Virus record (IMG/VR): IMGVR_UViG_3300012979_000002
Location: 1-64,000 of that record
Origin: a virus
Lineage: Duplodnaviria > Caudoviricetes
Direction: 5' to 3' (one strand)
DNA length: 64,000 nucleotides
Below the pieces are notes generated by a model, which saw only the letters and a program-made list of their open reading frames with translations, was not told the origin of the DNA and did not search any database. The position numbers and the translations under genes are program-made. Positions 47,501 to 57,446 of this stretch are shown one piece after another. The stretch's first letter is position 1. Every line of letters starts with the position of its first letter.

Positions 47501-48014
47501 TTGGAATAAAGTTAATGAATGGAATTTTGGAACAGGATTGAGTGTTCAAGTTTTAAATGGTAGGGCTACAATTAATGCCGTAAATCCATCAGCAAGTTCT
47601 GTTCGTCAATTCTCCTCTTTAGAAGACGTATCGGTTACATATGATGACACCAACGTTGGTAAACTGTTACAATTAGGGAAAACAGAATCTGGCGTATATA
47701 ATATAGAATTAACGTCAGCTCCTCCATTACACCTATACATGACTAAAGACAGTTATGCGTTCAATGATGAAAAAATTAAACGAGCAGTTAATTCAGATAA
47801 TGCTGACAGGGCAGATACAGCAGATAAACTACACAATCGTTATGCTGTAAACGATGCCGGTATTTCAAATTCAACTCTATGGTCAGCAGCACAAATTAAA
47901 TCAAACACTACTTCTCAAATTAAAGCTGAAGGTGTTAATACTTTTAGTGGCACTGGAGTGCCTACCAATGACATAGGTAAAGATGGAGATTTATACATCT
48001 TATTAGAAGATTAG
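44586..48014 (+). CDS. large tail/baseplate fibre protein
   Basis: 1142 aa; fibre-type motifs (NPH..., A..AD.AD.L, WSA.QI); ends GTGVP....G.DGDLY. Confidence 0.65.
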   Translation: MQDFIRIRGEIISSPLNENFRRLLNQISISNTNLVFPEENAIVNTLDDRDAIKNPDDAQVCYVVSSGELYRFSKKDDKWYKIMDIGQTFRQGFLNSGAVVLEDIIKLEEGSNTILSMPDMLVYFKNKEGDNRYLKGMYKIDAQSFDVSPYISSAGAFSIFIDENQHYFINAGMPTTDTPSNIYIGSFLTDKESHVRSDFIYTIPDIAYTADRGHFFVDGGKVSGLDLAPASGKKIGRKEGFYYDEGISCTLGSTDAFPADTDNGSNFNLKWFPAETETGNLYYAYPVDTISNGFEQVQTNELIIDKFYNPDTKQLEKVESGSFTIQHHLVTPNGQNIMIYGQAVYNSFVDAQSNLNTPLAIDADFPFAEVTRVIVGNVSGFSTAHETDCDFFVMQRLAQVGTISPVFADNIFTLYSGDAEDDVPSQVKFSLKQLQKTQFNNVYTLNIKTDKDKEYLFALDKQYLYGHNDATTNSTMSIADRITNRDYTNKVDAVYGYTIPTEHDITTLRDRVTAIETELWKAPDAKATLETLEQNIVNQSVRFRLYDIERRATLNETEIKNHARELTRLNLVKVEKETSINGHPLGDPEKTTVEHITLYTGDITEGAGLNNKPKNLWYTETRVSKNPDVKNATDHINTFGSGAESTKNPHRLSTDDLTVGSNKFVTQNDLNKLANVPANTNNELNKKLESITIQSLTGTSPTTLGKVDTIAVKTFGAKISVDETNRIATLECVGQMDPNDYMSKADYAHTSMNDSSKFGYVDKALKADNLTAVADGTPSQYYGTNVDGIAGVYDLPKWVDTEDPERVLTADAESVMFQPVPHSITLKHLANSKVLYTNYNEETKLNTNVYDLVKNHYHKVYNDAVQGPYSNANNTDPVEATVYYAYTIPSGGLKGQTYQFACGNDLYQFAGTTSMVAGMILQFNPKTKTLVYGNLKPNTDYTINNPVTVGVDTLEVDDVKEELWLDFTTQTDWNKVNEWNFGTGLSVQVLNGRATINAVNPSASSVRQFSSLEDVSVTYDDTNVGKLLQLGKTESGVYNIELTSAPPLHLYMTKDSYAFNDEKIKRAVNSDNADRADTADKLHNRYAVNDAGISNSTLWSAAQIKSNTTSQIKAEGVNTFSGTGVPTNDIGKDGDLYILLED

Positions 48015-48030
48015 TGAGGTGAGATAAACT

Positions 48031-49908
48031 ATGGCTAATTATAATTCTGAACCAGATTTAGTAAGTGATGAAGGTGGAAAACCAAGTATAACCTTTACAG
48101 TGCACTGTTATATAGGGCATGGTACTATTACCAGAAGTGGGGATATGGTTACCATTCCCCTTGGTTTAAAGCTAATTCCTCAAAAAACAGGCACTTCTAC
48201 TTGGATATTTAACTCGATAGGAGGGTCTTATGGCACCGAGTCTGGACAAAACATCCGATACGCCTTCAAAGGTAACGCAAGTAATCATTATACCGTTGAC
48301 ACCAAAAATCCACTATATTGCACATCTCGTAGTTTGAGTGTAGGGCAAAAAAATACTACTGATGAAACCCCTTGGAAATTAACTACTAAAGTTGACCCAG
48401 GACAAAAAACAGTAGATGTAAAAATGTGGGCCTCTTGGTCTCAGTTTACATTAGGCGCGGCGGGTAAAAATAATAAATGGGTAGAGGTAACTCGAAGCAT
48501 AGACATACCACAACCAACAGCACCATCTATAGGTGAGGCCACTTTTGAAGCCACTGGACGTACTACTGCATCTTTCCAGTGTGCCATATCGTCTCCTGGT
48601 AATTACAGTACTATTTCATCATATGTTTGGACTGTAACTGCAACCAATTTAGCTGCCACATATGATAGTCAAGATTTATATAAGGTACGCCAACATATTC
48701 TTGGTAATACTTTAATTCCTAATGATGAATTTTATAAATATGATTTTACTGGCGATGGCAAAATAGATGACGAAGATTTAGAACATTTGCGTCGTGCTAT
48801 AACTGGTTACCAAGAAACAACCGACTCTGGCGAAATAACTTATTTAGCACCAAATACAACTTATAATTGGACTTTAACAGTTACTAACTCTAATGATTTA
48901 AGTGCCACTACTTCAGGTAGTTTTACTACCTCTGGTAATTATCCGACAATTAAATCTGTCACAGCTTCATCAGATAGAACTAGTATTATGGTTAGACCTC
49001 AAGCTCTTTTTGATTATAATGATGACTTGGCGTCTTATAATTTAAGTTATGGTACAAGTAGTTCAAATTTATCTAGAGGACCTAGTACAGCCATTGTAAA
49101 CAATTTGCAACCAAACACAAAATATTATTATCAAATTTCAGTAACAAGTACACAAGGAAAACAGAGTACATATAAGACAGGAAATATAACTACCACCTGC
49201 TTAGCTCCTACTAATCCTGTTATTACTAGACTAGATGGCGATACTACTTCATTGAAGATAGGAGTTTCTGCTACAGGGGATACGAATGCTCCAATTAAAA
49301 ATTATGTACTAAAGTATACCGACCCAGATAATAATACCACTTCCATTCCTATGGGTAGTGCCACATCTACAATTATTCCGGGGTTATTACCAGATACCAA
49401 TTATAGATTTGTGTTAGTTGCTACAAATGATGGTGGGTCAGTTACATCATCTAATAATACGATTTATTCTACTGATTTGCCAGACCCAACGATTACCAAA
49501 ATCGAGGCTAGTAATATACTACCTTTTAGTTGCACTTTAACGGTTGATGCTTCTATCGTTCCATCTCGCGATTTAACTTATTCGTTTAGTAAGGATGGAC
49601 AAAACTGGACTCCTTACCAATCGTCACATATATATAATTGGGAAGGATTGAGTGAAGAAACAACATATAACATGCAAGTGCGTGTTAAAGCCGCTCACGA
49701 AGGAGCTAGTTCCAGTGACACTATTGCATCACGCACCATTGAGGTTATTACTCCAGCTGACCAAGCCAAAGTACGTATCCGTAAAGGGAATGCTTGGAAA
49801 AAAGGAAAACTTTGGTTTAAAAAAGGTGGACAGTGGAAGAAAGCTAAAAAAGTATATATTAAAAAAGGTGGTCAATGGGTTGTTGGCTACAATTATGAAA
49901 ACCAATAA
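48031..49908 (+). CDS. fibronectin type III repeat adhesin with inserted dockerin-like domain
   Basis: Four L.P/ENT.Y FN3 motifs; DFTGDGKIDDEDL Ca-loop. Confidence 0.75.
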   Translation: MANYNSEPDLVSDEGGKPSITFTVHCYIGHGTITRSGDMVTIPLGLKLIPQKTGTSTWIFNSIGGSYGTESGQNIRYAFKGNASNHYTVDTKNPLYCTSRSLSVGQKNTTDETPWKLTTKVDPGQKTVDVKMWASWSQFTLGAAGKNNKWVEVTRSIDIPQPTAPSIGEATFEATGRTTASFQCAISSPGNYSTISSYVWTVTATNLAATYDSQDLYKVRQHILGNTLIPNDEFYKYDFTGDGKIDDEDLEHLRRAITGYQETTDSGEITYLAPNTTYNWTLTVTNSNDLSATTSGSFTTSGNYPTIKSVTASSDRTSIMVRPQALFDYNDDLASYNLSYGTSSSNLSRGPSTAIVNNLQPNTKYYYQISVTSTQGKQSTYKTGNITTTCLAPTNPVITRLDGDTTSLKIGVSATGDTNAPIKNYVLKYTDPDNNTTSIPMGSATSTIIPGLLPDTNYRFVLVATNDGGSVTSSNNTIYSTDLPDPTITKIEASNILPFSCTLTVDASIVPSRDLTYSFSKDGQNWTPYQSSHIYNWEGLSEETTYNMQVRVKAAHEGASSSDTIASRTIEVITPADQAKVRIRKGNAWKKGKLWFKKGGQWKKAKKVYIKKGGQWVVGYNYENQ

Positions 49909-49999
49909 AGTAGAGGGAATTAACTTCCCTCTCTTTTTATTTTAGACCATTATAACATACTATAATTATAGAGATAAAAAAACACAAAGGAGGTAAAAT

Positions 50000-52552
50000 A
50001 TGTCATATCCTATTAAATTTTTAGTGGATAAAGAAGGAGTATCTTTTATCCCATACACTAATAGTCGAAGTGTATTAATTGATGGAACAGAGACTAAATT
50101 ACAAGACATTTTAGATGTTAAATTAGACCCAGCTGACGTTAAGGCTGGTGGTGATATTAAAGTAACTCCTACAAAGGACACTACTACTATAGCCTGGGTT
50201 CGTCCTACAAACTTAACCGTGCAAGACAATTTAACTACTGCAGCTGCCGGGCAAGGGGTATTAGACGCTCGTCAAGGAAAATTATTATTAGATAATATCA
50301 ATACTCGTATTTTGGCATCAGAAAAAGGAAAGGCTAATGGAGTGGCTACATTAGATGGCAACGGTAAAGTGCCAAGTGGTCAATTACCAGCTTACGTAGA
50401 CGATGTTATAGAATCATACATTGTAAGTGGAGCAACAGCATTAAGTAAGGGATGGTTATCCGCTACTTCAGGAGGAAGCGCCCTAACACCAGAAACAGGA
50501 AAGATTTATGTTATTATGAGTTCTGGTTCTTACCAAAATAAACAATACAGATGGGGAGGTAGCACATATGTATTGTGTAATCCATCTGATGTTAATTCAG
50601 TTAATGGTATGACTGGAGTTATTACTTTAAAAACATTAACATTAAAAACTGCAGCAGGTACTGCTAATACAGTAAATGAAACTTACAATGCTGGTACTGA
50701 TAAAACAGTTACAATTAATGTACCAACTAAAACTAGCCATATTACCAACGATAGTGGCTTTATCACTTCTTCAGCAAATATTACAGGTAATGCTACTACT
50801 GCTACAACTGCTGATAAGACAAAAGGTACATTAACTATTAAAATGAAAAACTATGACAACAACACCGAAACAACTGATACTTTTAATGGTAATGAAGATA
50901 AGACAATTACAATTGGAGTTCCTACTAAGGTTAGTCAATTAGAAAATGACTCTAAGTTCATCACTTCAAGTGCTTCTATTACAGGGAACGCAGCTACAGC
51001 TACTACTGCTACAACTGCTACGAAGACCCAAGGAACTTTAACAATTAAAATGAAGAATTATGATTCTAATACAGAAACTACAGATACCTTCAATGGTAAT
51101 GCAGATAAAACTATCACTATTGGAGTTCCAACAAAACTTAGTCAACTAAATAATGATACGGGTTTTATTTCATCTGTACCACAAGCAAGTACAACAGTAT
51201 CTGGTACTATTAAGATAGGTACTGGTTTGGCTATGGGAACTAATGGAGTAGTTTACGTAACAGGTGAAGGTGTTAGCGCCGAATCAATCGATTGGGAAAA
51301 CGTAACTAACAAGCCAACATATATTACAGACTGGAAAGATTATATTACTGCTGACAGCGATATTACAGGTAATGCTGCTACCGCTACAACATTAGAAACC
51401 GCTAGAACAATTAATGGAACATCGTTTAATGGTAGCAAAAATATTACAACTGCCAACTGGGGTACTGCTAGAAATATTAGTATATCAGATAGCGATGCTA
51501 CTAATACAGGTACAGCCGTATCTGTAAATGGTTCTGGAGCTGTAACCTTAAAATTACCAGCAACGATTAAAGCTTCATTAAGTGGTAAGGCAACAACAGC
51601 TGGAACAGCAGATAAAGCTAACAAAACAGCTGGAACATTAACAATCCAAAAAAATGGTACCAATGTAGCAACATTCGATGGTTCTGGTAATGCCACAGCA
51701 AATTTTACTTTTAAAACAAGTGAAATAACTAATGACAGTGGTTTCATTACAGCCAGCGCTTCAATCACTGGGAATGCAGGTACTGCTACAACTTTGGCAA
51801 CAGCAAGAACATTAACTATTGGTTCTACTGGTAAAACATTTAACGGTGGAGCTAATGTAAGCTGGACCTTAGACGAGATTGGAGCAGCCCCAAAAAGTCA
51901 TACACATAATTATGCTGGTTCATCTTCTGCTGGAGGAGCTGCAAACAGCGTTAAAACTAACTTAATTATTAAATTAAATAGCGGTACTACTGAAGGAACT
52001 AATCTATTTACTTTCAATGGTAGCACAGCTAAAACAATAAACATTACACCAAGTGCAATAGGAGCATCAGCATCTAGTCATGGTCATGATTATTTACCAT
52101 TAACCGGTGGAACAGTGTCAGGGCCAATAACCTCTTCACAAACTTCTTCAACTTGGATTAATTCAGCAAACGGAAAGAGTGCTATCAATTTAACTGGTAC
52201 AGGTTACACTGGATGGATAGCAGGTCCGTCTAAAACTGGTAGATTACTTATTTCAAGTTACTCAGGGAATGACGATAAAATATATTTTGGATATATGAGC
52301 AATGAAGCAATAACAGCAGGAACAAATTCCCTTACAAGACAAATGTCTTGGGACGGTGCTACTGGTACGCTAACTGCTACAACTTTTTCTGGAAAATTAG
52401 GTAATACTTTAACATTAACTAAAAATCGTTCAGATATAAGTTTTAATGGTTCAGCAGCACAAACTGTAATAATACCAACAATACATAATGGACCAGGCGT
52501 GCCAGCTGCATCATTAGGGCAAGACGGCGATATTTATATCGTAACAGGATAG
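50000..52552 (+). CDS. tail fibre protein
   Basis: KG.ANGVATLD.NGKVP..QLP.YVDDV; ITGNA.TAT repeats; L.TARTING..F.G. Confidence 0.85.
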   Translation: MSYPIKFLVDKEGVSFIPYTNSRSVLIDGTETKLQDILDVKLDPADVKAGGDIKVTPTKDTTTIAWVRPTNLTVQDNLTTAAAGQGVLDARQGKLLLDNINTRILASEKGKANGVATLDGNGKVPSGQLPAYVDDVIESYIVSGATALSKGWLSATSGGSALTPETGKIYVIMSSGSYQNKQYRWGGSTYVLCNPSDVNSVNGMTGVITLKTLTLKTAAGTANTVNETYNAGTDKTVTINVPTKTSHITNDSGFITSSANITGNATTATTADKTKGTLTIKMKNYDNNTETTDTFNGNEDKTITIGVPTKVSQLENDSKFITSSASITGNAATATTATTATKTQGTLTIKMKNYDSNTETTDTFNGNADKTITIGVPTKLSQLNNDTGFISSVPQASTTVSGTIKIGTGLAMGTNGVVYVTGEGVSAESIDWENVTNKPTYITDWKDYITADSDITGNAATATTLETARTINGTSFNGSKNITTANWGTARNISISDSDATNTGTAVSVNGSGAVTLKLPATIKASLSGKATTAGTADKANKTAGTLTIQKNGTNVATFDGSGNATANFTFKTSEITNDSGFITASASITGNAGTATTLATARTLTIGSTGKTFNGGANVSWTLDEIGAAPKSHTHNYAGSSSAGGAANSVKTNLIIKLNSGTTEGTNLFTFNGSTAKTINITPSAIGASASSHGHDYLPLTGGTVSGPITSSQTSSTWINSANGKSAINLTGTGYTGWIAGPSKTGRLLISSYSGNDDKIYFGYMSNEAITAGTNSLTRQMSWDGATGTLTATTFSGKLGNTLTLTKNRSDISFNGSAAQTVIIPTIHNGPGVPAASLGQDGDIYIVTG

Positions 52553-52567
52553 GAGGTGGAGTAAATT

Positions 52568-53902
52568 ATGGCTGGAAATATTAGAGGTAGATATTATGCC
52601 GAAGGTAATAGTTTTAAAGCAAATGTAACAACCAAGGGTAACGCCAGCTCTGCTGGTGGTGCTACCTCAGCATCGCAAATTAGCTCTGGCGCTACAATAT
52701 ATTACAGAAAGCATTCGGCTGGAGCTGCCTATCCAATTGCGGTTTGTAAAACTAACAATAACTGGGTTGATGGTTGGTATCCATTAAACATTGTCCCATG
52801 GGCTACGTATCCCGTATATTTAGATGCAAATGGAGGTTCTGGCGTTGCAGAATCAATCACTAAGACATGGGGAACCAATTACACGCTACCAGAACCAACG
52901 ACCGCCAAGCCTTCTGTAACCTCAGATGGATATAAAGTTACTTATAGTTATGGCAATGGTAACGCTAATACTTCGGAAACGGTAAAAAACACCACTTCAT
53001 ATACATTTGGATACTGGGTTGATGCTAGTTCCGGTGCTACAATAGCACAACCTTTTTCAGATGTTATCAAGGACGACCTAACTGGTTCTGATTCAATTTC
53101 TTATACGGGAGGAACGGCACCTGCCTCACGTTCTTTTAAAGCATATTGGGTAGATTCTTTTAAACGTGGTAGTGTAACGTTACCAACACCAACTTGGGCT
53201 AACACAACAACATCAGGTACTATTACTTATAATGCTTCCACTAATGGAGGTACATCTACTAAGGCATCTGATACTGTTAATTTAAAAGTAACGCATACGT
53301 TTAATGGTTGGTATAATGGAAGTACTAAAGTTGGTAACGCTGGTGCAAGTTATACACCTACAGCTAACGTTACTTTAACAGGTAACTGGACGAACACTTC
53401 AACGGGTAGTGCAAACATTACATTGCCTACTGCTTCTAAGGCAAACGGAACAGCTAGTCGTACGGTTACTATTAATGCTAACGGGGGTTCTACAACCGTA
53501 AGTTCTCGTAAATCAAATGCGACAATCACTTACACAAGTACTGGTTGGTGGACTGCTGCAAGCGGAGGTACAAAGGTTGGGAACAATGGTGCATCTATTA
53601 CACCATCAACAGCCCCTATCACGTATTATGCTCAGTTTAGTAGTTCAACTGGTTCATATAGTGCGGTAACATTGCCTACTGCAGCGCAATGCACCCGTAC
53701 AAATCATACTTTAAAAGGCTTCGCTACAAGCAGCACAGCTACGACAGCGGCATATGCTCCAGGAGCTTCTTATACACCAAGTGGTAATGTAACACTATAT
53801 GCCGTATGGGAAGATTTAACTGGTAGAGTATATGTTAAAAAAGATGGAGCTTGGGTACAAGCTAAAGCTGTTTATACTAAAGTAAACGGGGCTTGGGTAT
53901 AG
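52568..53902 (+). CDS. InlB B-repeat (Flg_new) adhesin
   Basis: ANGG...R..HT.KG.......Y.P....TLYAVW repeats. Confidence 0.75.
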   Translation: MAGNIRGRYYAEGNSFKANVTTKGNASSAGGATSASQISSGATIYYRKHSAGAAYPIAVCKTNNNWVDGWYPLNIVPWATYPVYLDANGGSGVAESITKTWGTNYTLPEPTTAKPSVTSDGYKVTYSYGNGNANTSETVKNTTSYTFGYWVDASSGATIAQPFSDVIKDDLTGSDSISYTGGTAPASRSFKAYWVDSFKRGSVTLPTPTWANTTTSGTITYNASTNGGTSTKASDTVNLKVTHTFNGWYNGSTKVGNAGASYTPTANVTLTGNWTNTSTGSANITLPTASKANGTASRTVTINANGGSTTVSSRKSNATITYTSTGWWTAASGGTKVGNNGASITPSTAPITYYAQFSSSTGSYSAVTLPTAAQCTRTNHTLKGFATSSTATTAAYAPGASYTPSGNVTLYAVWEDLTGRVYVKKDGAWVQAKAVYTKVNGAWV

Positions 53903-53917
53903 GAGGTGAAATAAATT

Positions 53918-55231
53918 ATGGCAGAATTAACATATAAAAAGTCCAACAATGGATATAATCAGGGTAGTAGTTTATTTTGTTTCGTACTAGACGGTGGTTA
54001 TGATACAGTTGGTGATGGTAAAGCTCGTGTTTGGGCTGATTGTTATTTATATTGTTCATGGGGTACTTCGTCTACCCCTTTCTATGGTTATAGTAGCCAA
54101 AGAGGGGGTTGGATAAACGGAGAATGTTTGTTCTGGGGTGAATTTGCTGAAAGTGGTGGCTCAAGTTGGCCATCTAGTGCAAGCTCTTGGTCTGGCAATT
54201 CTAGAACTATTGGAGGCACTGCGTATAAACAGAGAGCTCATGTGTTCTCAATTAGTAAAACTATTACATATGATTATGGTACAACGCCTAAAATTCCTGT
54301 TAGAATGACCTATACTCCTCAATGGACAGGTGGTTATGCTCCTAGCTCAAGTGTAGATATAACTGGCTATGTTACGTTGCCAGAACAAGCGCCACCAGCG
54401 CAATATTTTGATTTAAATGGTAGCTTAGATGGTACGGCACAGGGTGGTATTAGCCCTATGGGTACTGCTGACGTAACCATAGGCGGGACAAAGGTATTAG
54501 AGAATGGTACAGATTATTATACACAGCACGCCGTTGGTTCATCTTATACCGTAAATGATATTAAAGCCAATGCAGGTTATACCTATACTGGTAATAGTAG
54601 CTATACTGGTACCATAGGTAATTCTACAACAACTGTAGTTCTACCATTTACTACCAATTCATATACAGTATCATATAATGCCAATGGTGGAACTAGCACT
54701 CCAAACACACAAACGGCAAAATATAACACTTCTGTAAACCTAGCGTCAGCTATTAAGAAAAATAATACAAATGCTAATGTAACTATCACTATAACTTACA
54801 ATGCAAATGGAGGTTCTGGAGCACCGGGCAATAGTACCGGTACTGCTGTAAATACAACCCCATATACTTTCAGTAAATGGGCATTGGGCAGTACTTCGGG
54901 AACCAAATATGGTGCTGGAGACCCATATACTATTCCAGCGCAAAACAGTGTTATGTACGCAACTTGGACCACAGGTACCACTACCAGAAAATCAAATCCA
55001 AGTATCACTTTAAGTAATACAAAACCAACAAGAAGCGGTTATGTATTTAAAGGATGGAGTACTAGTTCAACGGCTACCTCTGCTTCATATAATGCCAATA
55101 CAGCCTATACTTTTAGTGCTAATACGACTTTATATGCCGTATGGGAGCCAAGCACTCAAGGAAATATTTATGTTAAACAAAACGGGGCTTGGGTATTAGT
55201 ATCTACTAAATACCTATGGGCTTATAGATAG
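53918..55231 (+). CDS. InlB B-repeat (Flg_new) adhesin
   Basis: YNANGG...PTRSGY.FKGWS....TLYAVW. Confidence 0.78.
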   Translation: MAELTYKKSNNGYNQGSSLFCFVLDGGYDTVGDGKARVWADCYLYCSWGTSSTPFYGYSSQRGGWINGECLFWGEFAESGGSSWPSSASSWSGNSRTIGGTAYKQRAHVFSISKTITYDYGTTPKIPVRMTYTPQWTGGYAPSSSVDITGYVTLPEQAPPAQYFDLNGSLDGTAQGGISPMGTADVTIGGTKVLENGTDYYTQHAVGSSYTVNDIKANAGYTYTGNSSYTGTIGNSTTTVVLPFTTNSYTVSYNANGGTSTPNTQTAKYNTSVNLASAIKKNNTNANVTITITYNANGGSGAPGNSTGTAVNTTPYTFSKWALGSTSGTKYGAGDPYTIPAQNSVMYATWTTGTTTRKSNPSITLSNTKPTRSGYVFKGWSTSSTATSASYNANTAYTFSANTTLYAVWEPSTQGNIYVKQNGAWVLVSTKYLWAYR

Positions 55232-55299
55232 TAATTAGATTTTAAGCCCGGATTATTTACTATATATAGAGAGAGAAAAACTATAAAGGAGGTATAAAT

Positions 55300-55947
55300 G
55301 TGGAAACTATATTAGACACAGCGAAAACACTGGGAACAGCCATAGCTGAGTTCATTTTATTAATTTATTTTTGTAAACAGTACATTGAAAAGAACTCAGA
55401 CCGTATTAATATAGGTAGAGGCGTAAAAGAACAAAGTGAAATTAGCAAAGAAATTATTGATACCATGGACCACTACAAAGAATTATTAGGCGCCGACCGC
55501 ATTTTACTTTTTGAATTTCATAACGGACAGCACTATTCAAACTATCGTAGTGCTTTAAAAATGTCGGCTTCATATGAGGTATACAGAGCAGGTTTAGAAA
55601 GCGTACGTGATAAATGTACCGGACTTCCTATTGCAGTAATGCCTCATTTTGTGGCGGCTATTACTAATGAAGGTCAAGCATGGTGTCGTGACATTGAAGA
55701 AATTAAAGGCAAAATGGGGAGCAGTTACGAATTTAAGAAGAACTTAGGTATTAAGTCATTTTATGATGTGGCTATTAGAGATAGCGCAGGAAATACCATT
55801 GGTTTTGTAGCTGTTCAGTGGAACGATACAATGCCAGGCATCGACCCTCATAACATTGATAGGTTAGCTGGGTATCTAGAATCATCAGTTAAAAAGCTAA
55901 CTCAATTAGATAAACAAGAGAAAAAAAAGTTTAATTTTTTTAAATAA
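55300..55947 (+). CDS. single-TM GAF-like protein (possible T4-type holin)
   Basis: N-terminal TM; LGADR...FEFHNG...S..YE...IGFV. Confidence 0.55.
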   Translation: METILDTAKTLGTAIAEFILLIYFCKQYIEKNSDRINIGRGVKEQSEISKEIIDTMDHYKELLGADRILLFEFHNGQHYSNYRSALKMSASYEVYRAGLESVRDKCTGLPIAVMPHFVAAITNEGQAWCRDIEEIKGKMGSSYEFKKNLGIKSFYDVAIRDSAGNTIGFVAVQWNDTMPGIDPHNIDRLAGYLESSVKKLTQLDKQEKKKFNFFK

Positions 55948-56035
55948 AAAGACCTCGGTCTTCTTTATTTTTTTTATTTAGATAATACTATATATTTAAG
56001 GAAAGGAGAAAAGTGATAGTATAAAGGAGGCAAAA

Positions 56036-57160
56036 ATGTTTAAAGTAAAAGTATTATTACAATTCACAGATTTAACTACTAAAAGAAAGGAAGTGCGCAA
56101 ACCAGGAGATATTTACACAATAGACAACTATGACCGTGTAGAAGTTCTGTTAGGGAAGAACCCCCGCAAGGCAAAATTTGTAGAACTAATTGAAATTGAA
56201 AAACAATGCCCTACTACACACACGGAAAATAAAATCGTGGTTTTCCAAGACCTGTTGTATCGTATAGGAGGTATCGAAACTTTTGTGTTCAATTTCGTAA
56301 AGAACTTTAAAGACTATGACATTACTGTTATAGCTCGTGAATTTGCGTTAACACAAATGTTGGCTATAGCTCAATACGCTACTGTGAAGAAATATACGGA
56401 GGAGAGAATAGAGTGTGATACATTAATTCTAGGCAATTATAATTGCGACTATGTATTACCAAGGGTAAAAGCAAAAAAGATATATCAGATAATACATGCT
56501 GATTGGAGAGGTATTAAACAATTACCAGCATGGAAGGATTTCAAATGGACAAAGAACAAACGCATCGATGAAATCATTTGTGTATCGGATACGGCAGCTA
56601 CTGGATTAAAAGCTACCATGAATTATGATAGTAAGGTTATCCATAATATTTTAGACAATGATTATACCATAGAGGATGGCTTAACTTTCATAACAATGTC
56701 AAGAGCTACCCCAGAGAAAGGTATCGAACGAATGTTAAAAATGGCTCAAGAGTTTAAAAAAGCCAATAAAAAGTTTGTATGGTTTGTATGCTGTACATTA
56801 GACCAAGCCGATAGAAAAATTGTAGAGGCTATTAAACAGATACCAGAATTTGTAATCATCCCACCAAGCATTCATAATAAAATGCTAATTAAAGGATGCG
56901 ATTATTTAGTACAATTAAGTGATACAGAAAGTTTTTGTTATAGTGCCTATGAGGCATTACAACGCAATGTACCTGTTATTTTAACTGATTTCCCAGAAGC
57001 TCATAACATTGTAGATGATGGAGAAAACGGTTTTATTATAAAAAGAGATTTAAGCAATTTGGACGTAGATAGAATTTTCAATGAACGTCCTAAATCAACA
57101 TATTATGTAGATAGATGTAACCAAGATTTATGGTTGCAAGTTTTTAAAGGAGAATTATAG
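56036..57160 (+). CDS. glycosyltransferase (GT4/GT-B)
   Basis: IGGIETF, SR..PEKG, DYLVQLSDTESFCYS..EAL...PVI.TD, ENGF. Confidence 0.88.
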   Translation: MFKVKVLLQFTDLTTKRKEVRKPGDIYTIDNYDRVEVLLGKNPRKAKFVELIEIEKQCPTTHTENKIVVFQDLLYRIGGIETFVFNFVKNFKDYDITVIAREFALTQMLAIAQYATVKKYTEERIECDTLILGNYNCDYVLPRVKAKKIYQIIHADWRGIKQLPAWKDFKWTKNKRIDEIICVSDTAATGLKATMNYDSKVIHNILDNDYTIEDGLTFITMSRATPEKGIERMLKMAQEFKKANKKFVWFVCCTLDQADRKIVEAIKQIPEFVIIPPSIHNKMLIKGCDYLVQLSDTESFCYSAYEALQRNVPVILTDFPEAHNIVDDGENGFIIKRDLSNLDVDRIFNERPKSTYYVDRCNQDLWLQVFKGEL

Positions 57161-57161
57161 T

Positions 57162-57431
57162 ATGAGAAAGACGGCTGCTTTTTGGACCGAGGACTTGCTG
57201 AATAAGTTTATAAGAGTGGCCATGCTTACCCCAGAGGAAAGCGAAATAATCAGGTTGAGAATATATAGCTACACTTTGGAAGAAATAGCGGCTGCCACCG
57301 GCTTGAGTACCAGCACTGTTTCTCGCAGAATAAAATTATTAAATGACAAATACGATGAAGTGGAAGTAGAATATGGGTTCCCTCATAGAACCAAATTAAT
57401 TAAGATGGATAAAGATGAGTATCCATCTTAA
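57162..57431 (+). CDS. LuxR/sigma-r4-type HTH regulator
   Basis: LTPEE.EII.L....T.EEIA...GLS.STVSRRIK.L. Confidence 0.85.
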   Translation: MRKTAAFWTEDLLNKFIRVAMLTPEESEIIRLRIYSYTLEEIAAATGLSTSTVSRRIKLLNDKYDEVEVEYGFPHRTKLIKMDKDEYPS

Positions 57432-57446
57432 TTTTTTTTGCCTTTT

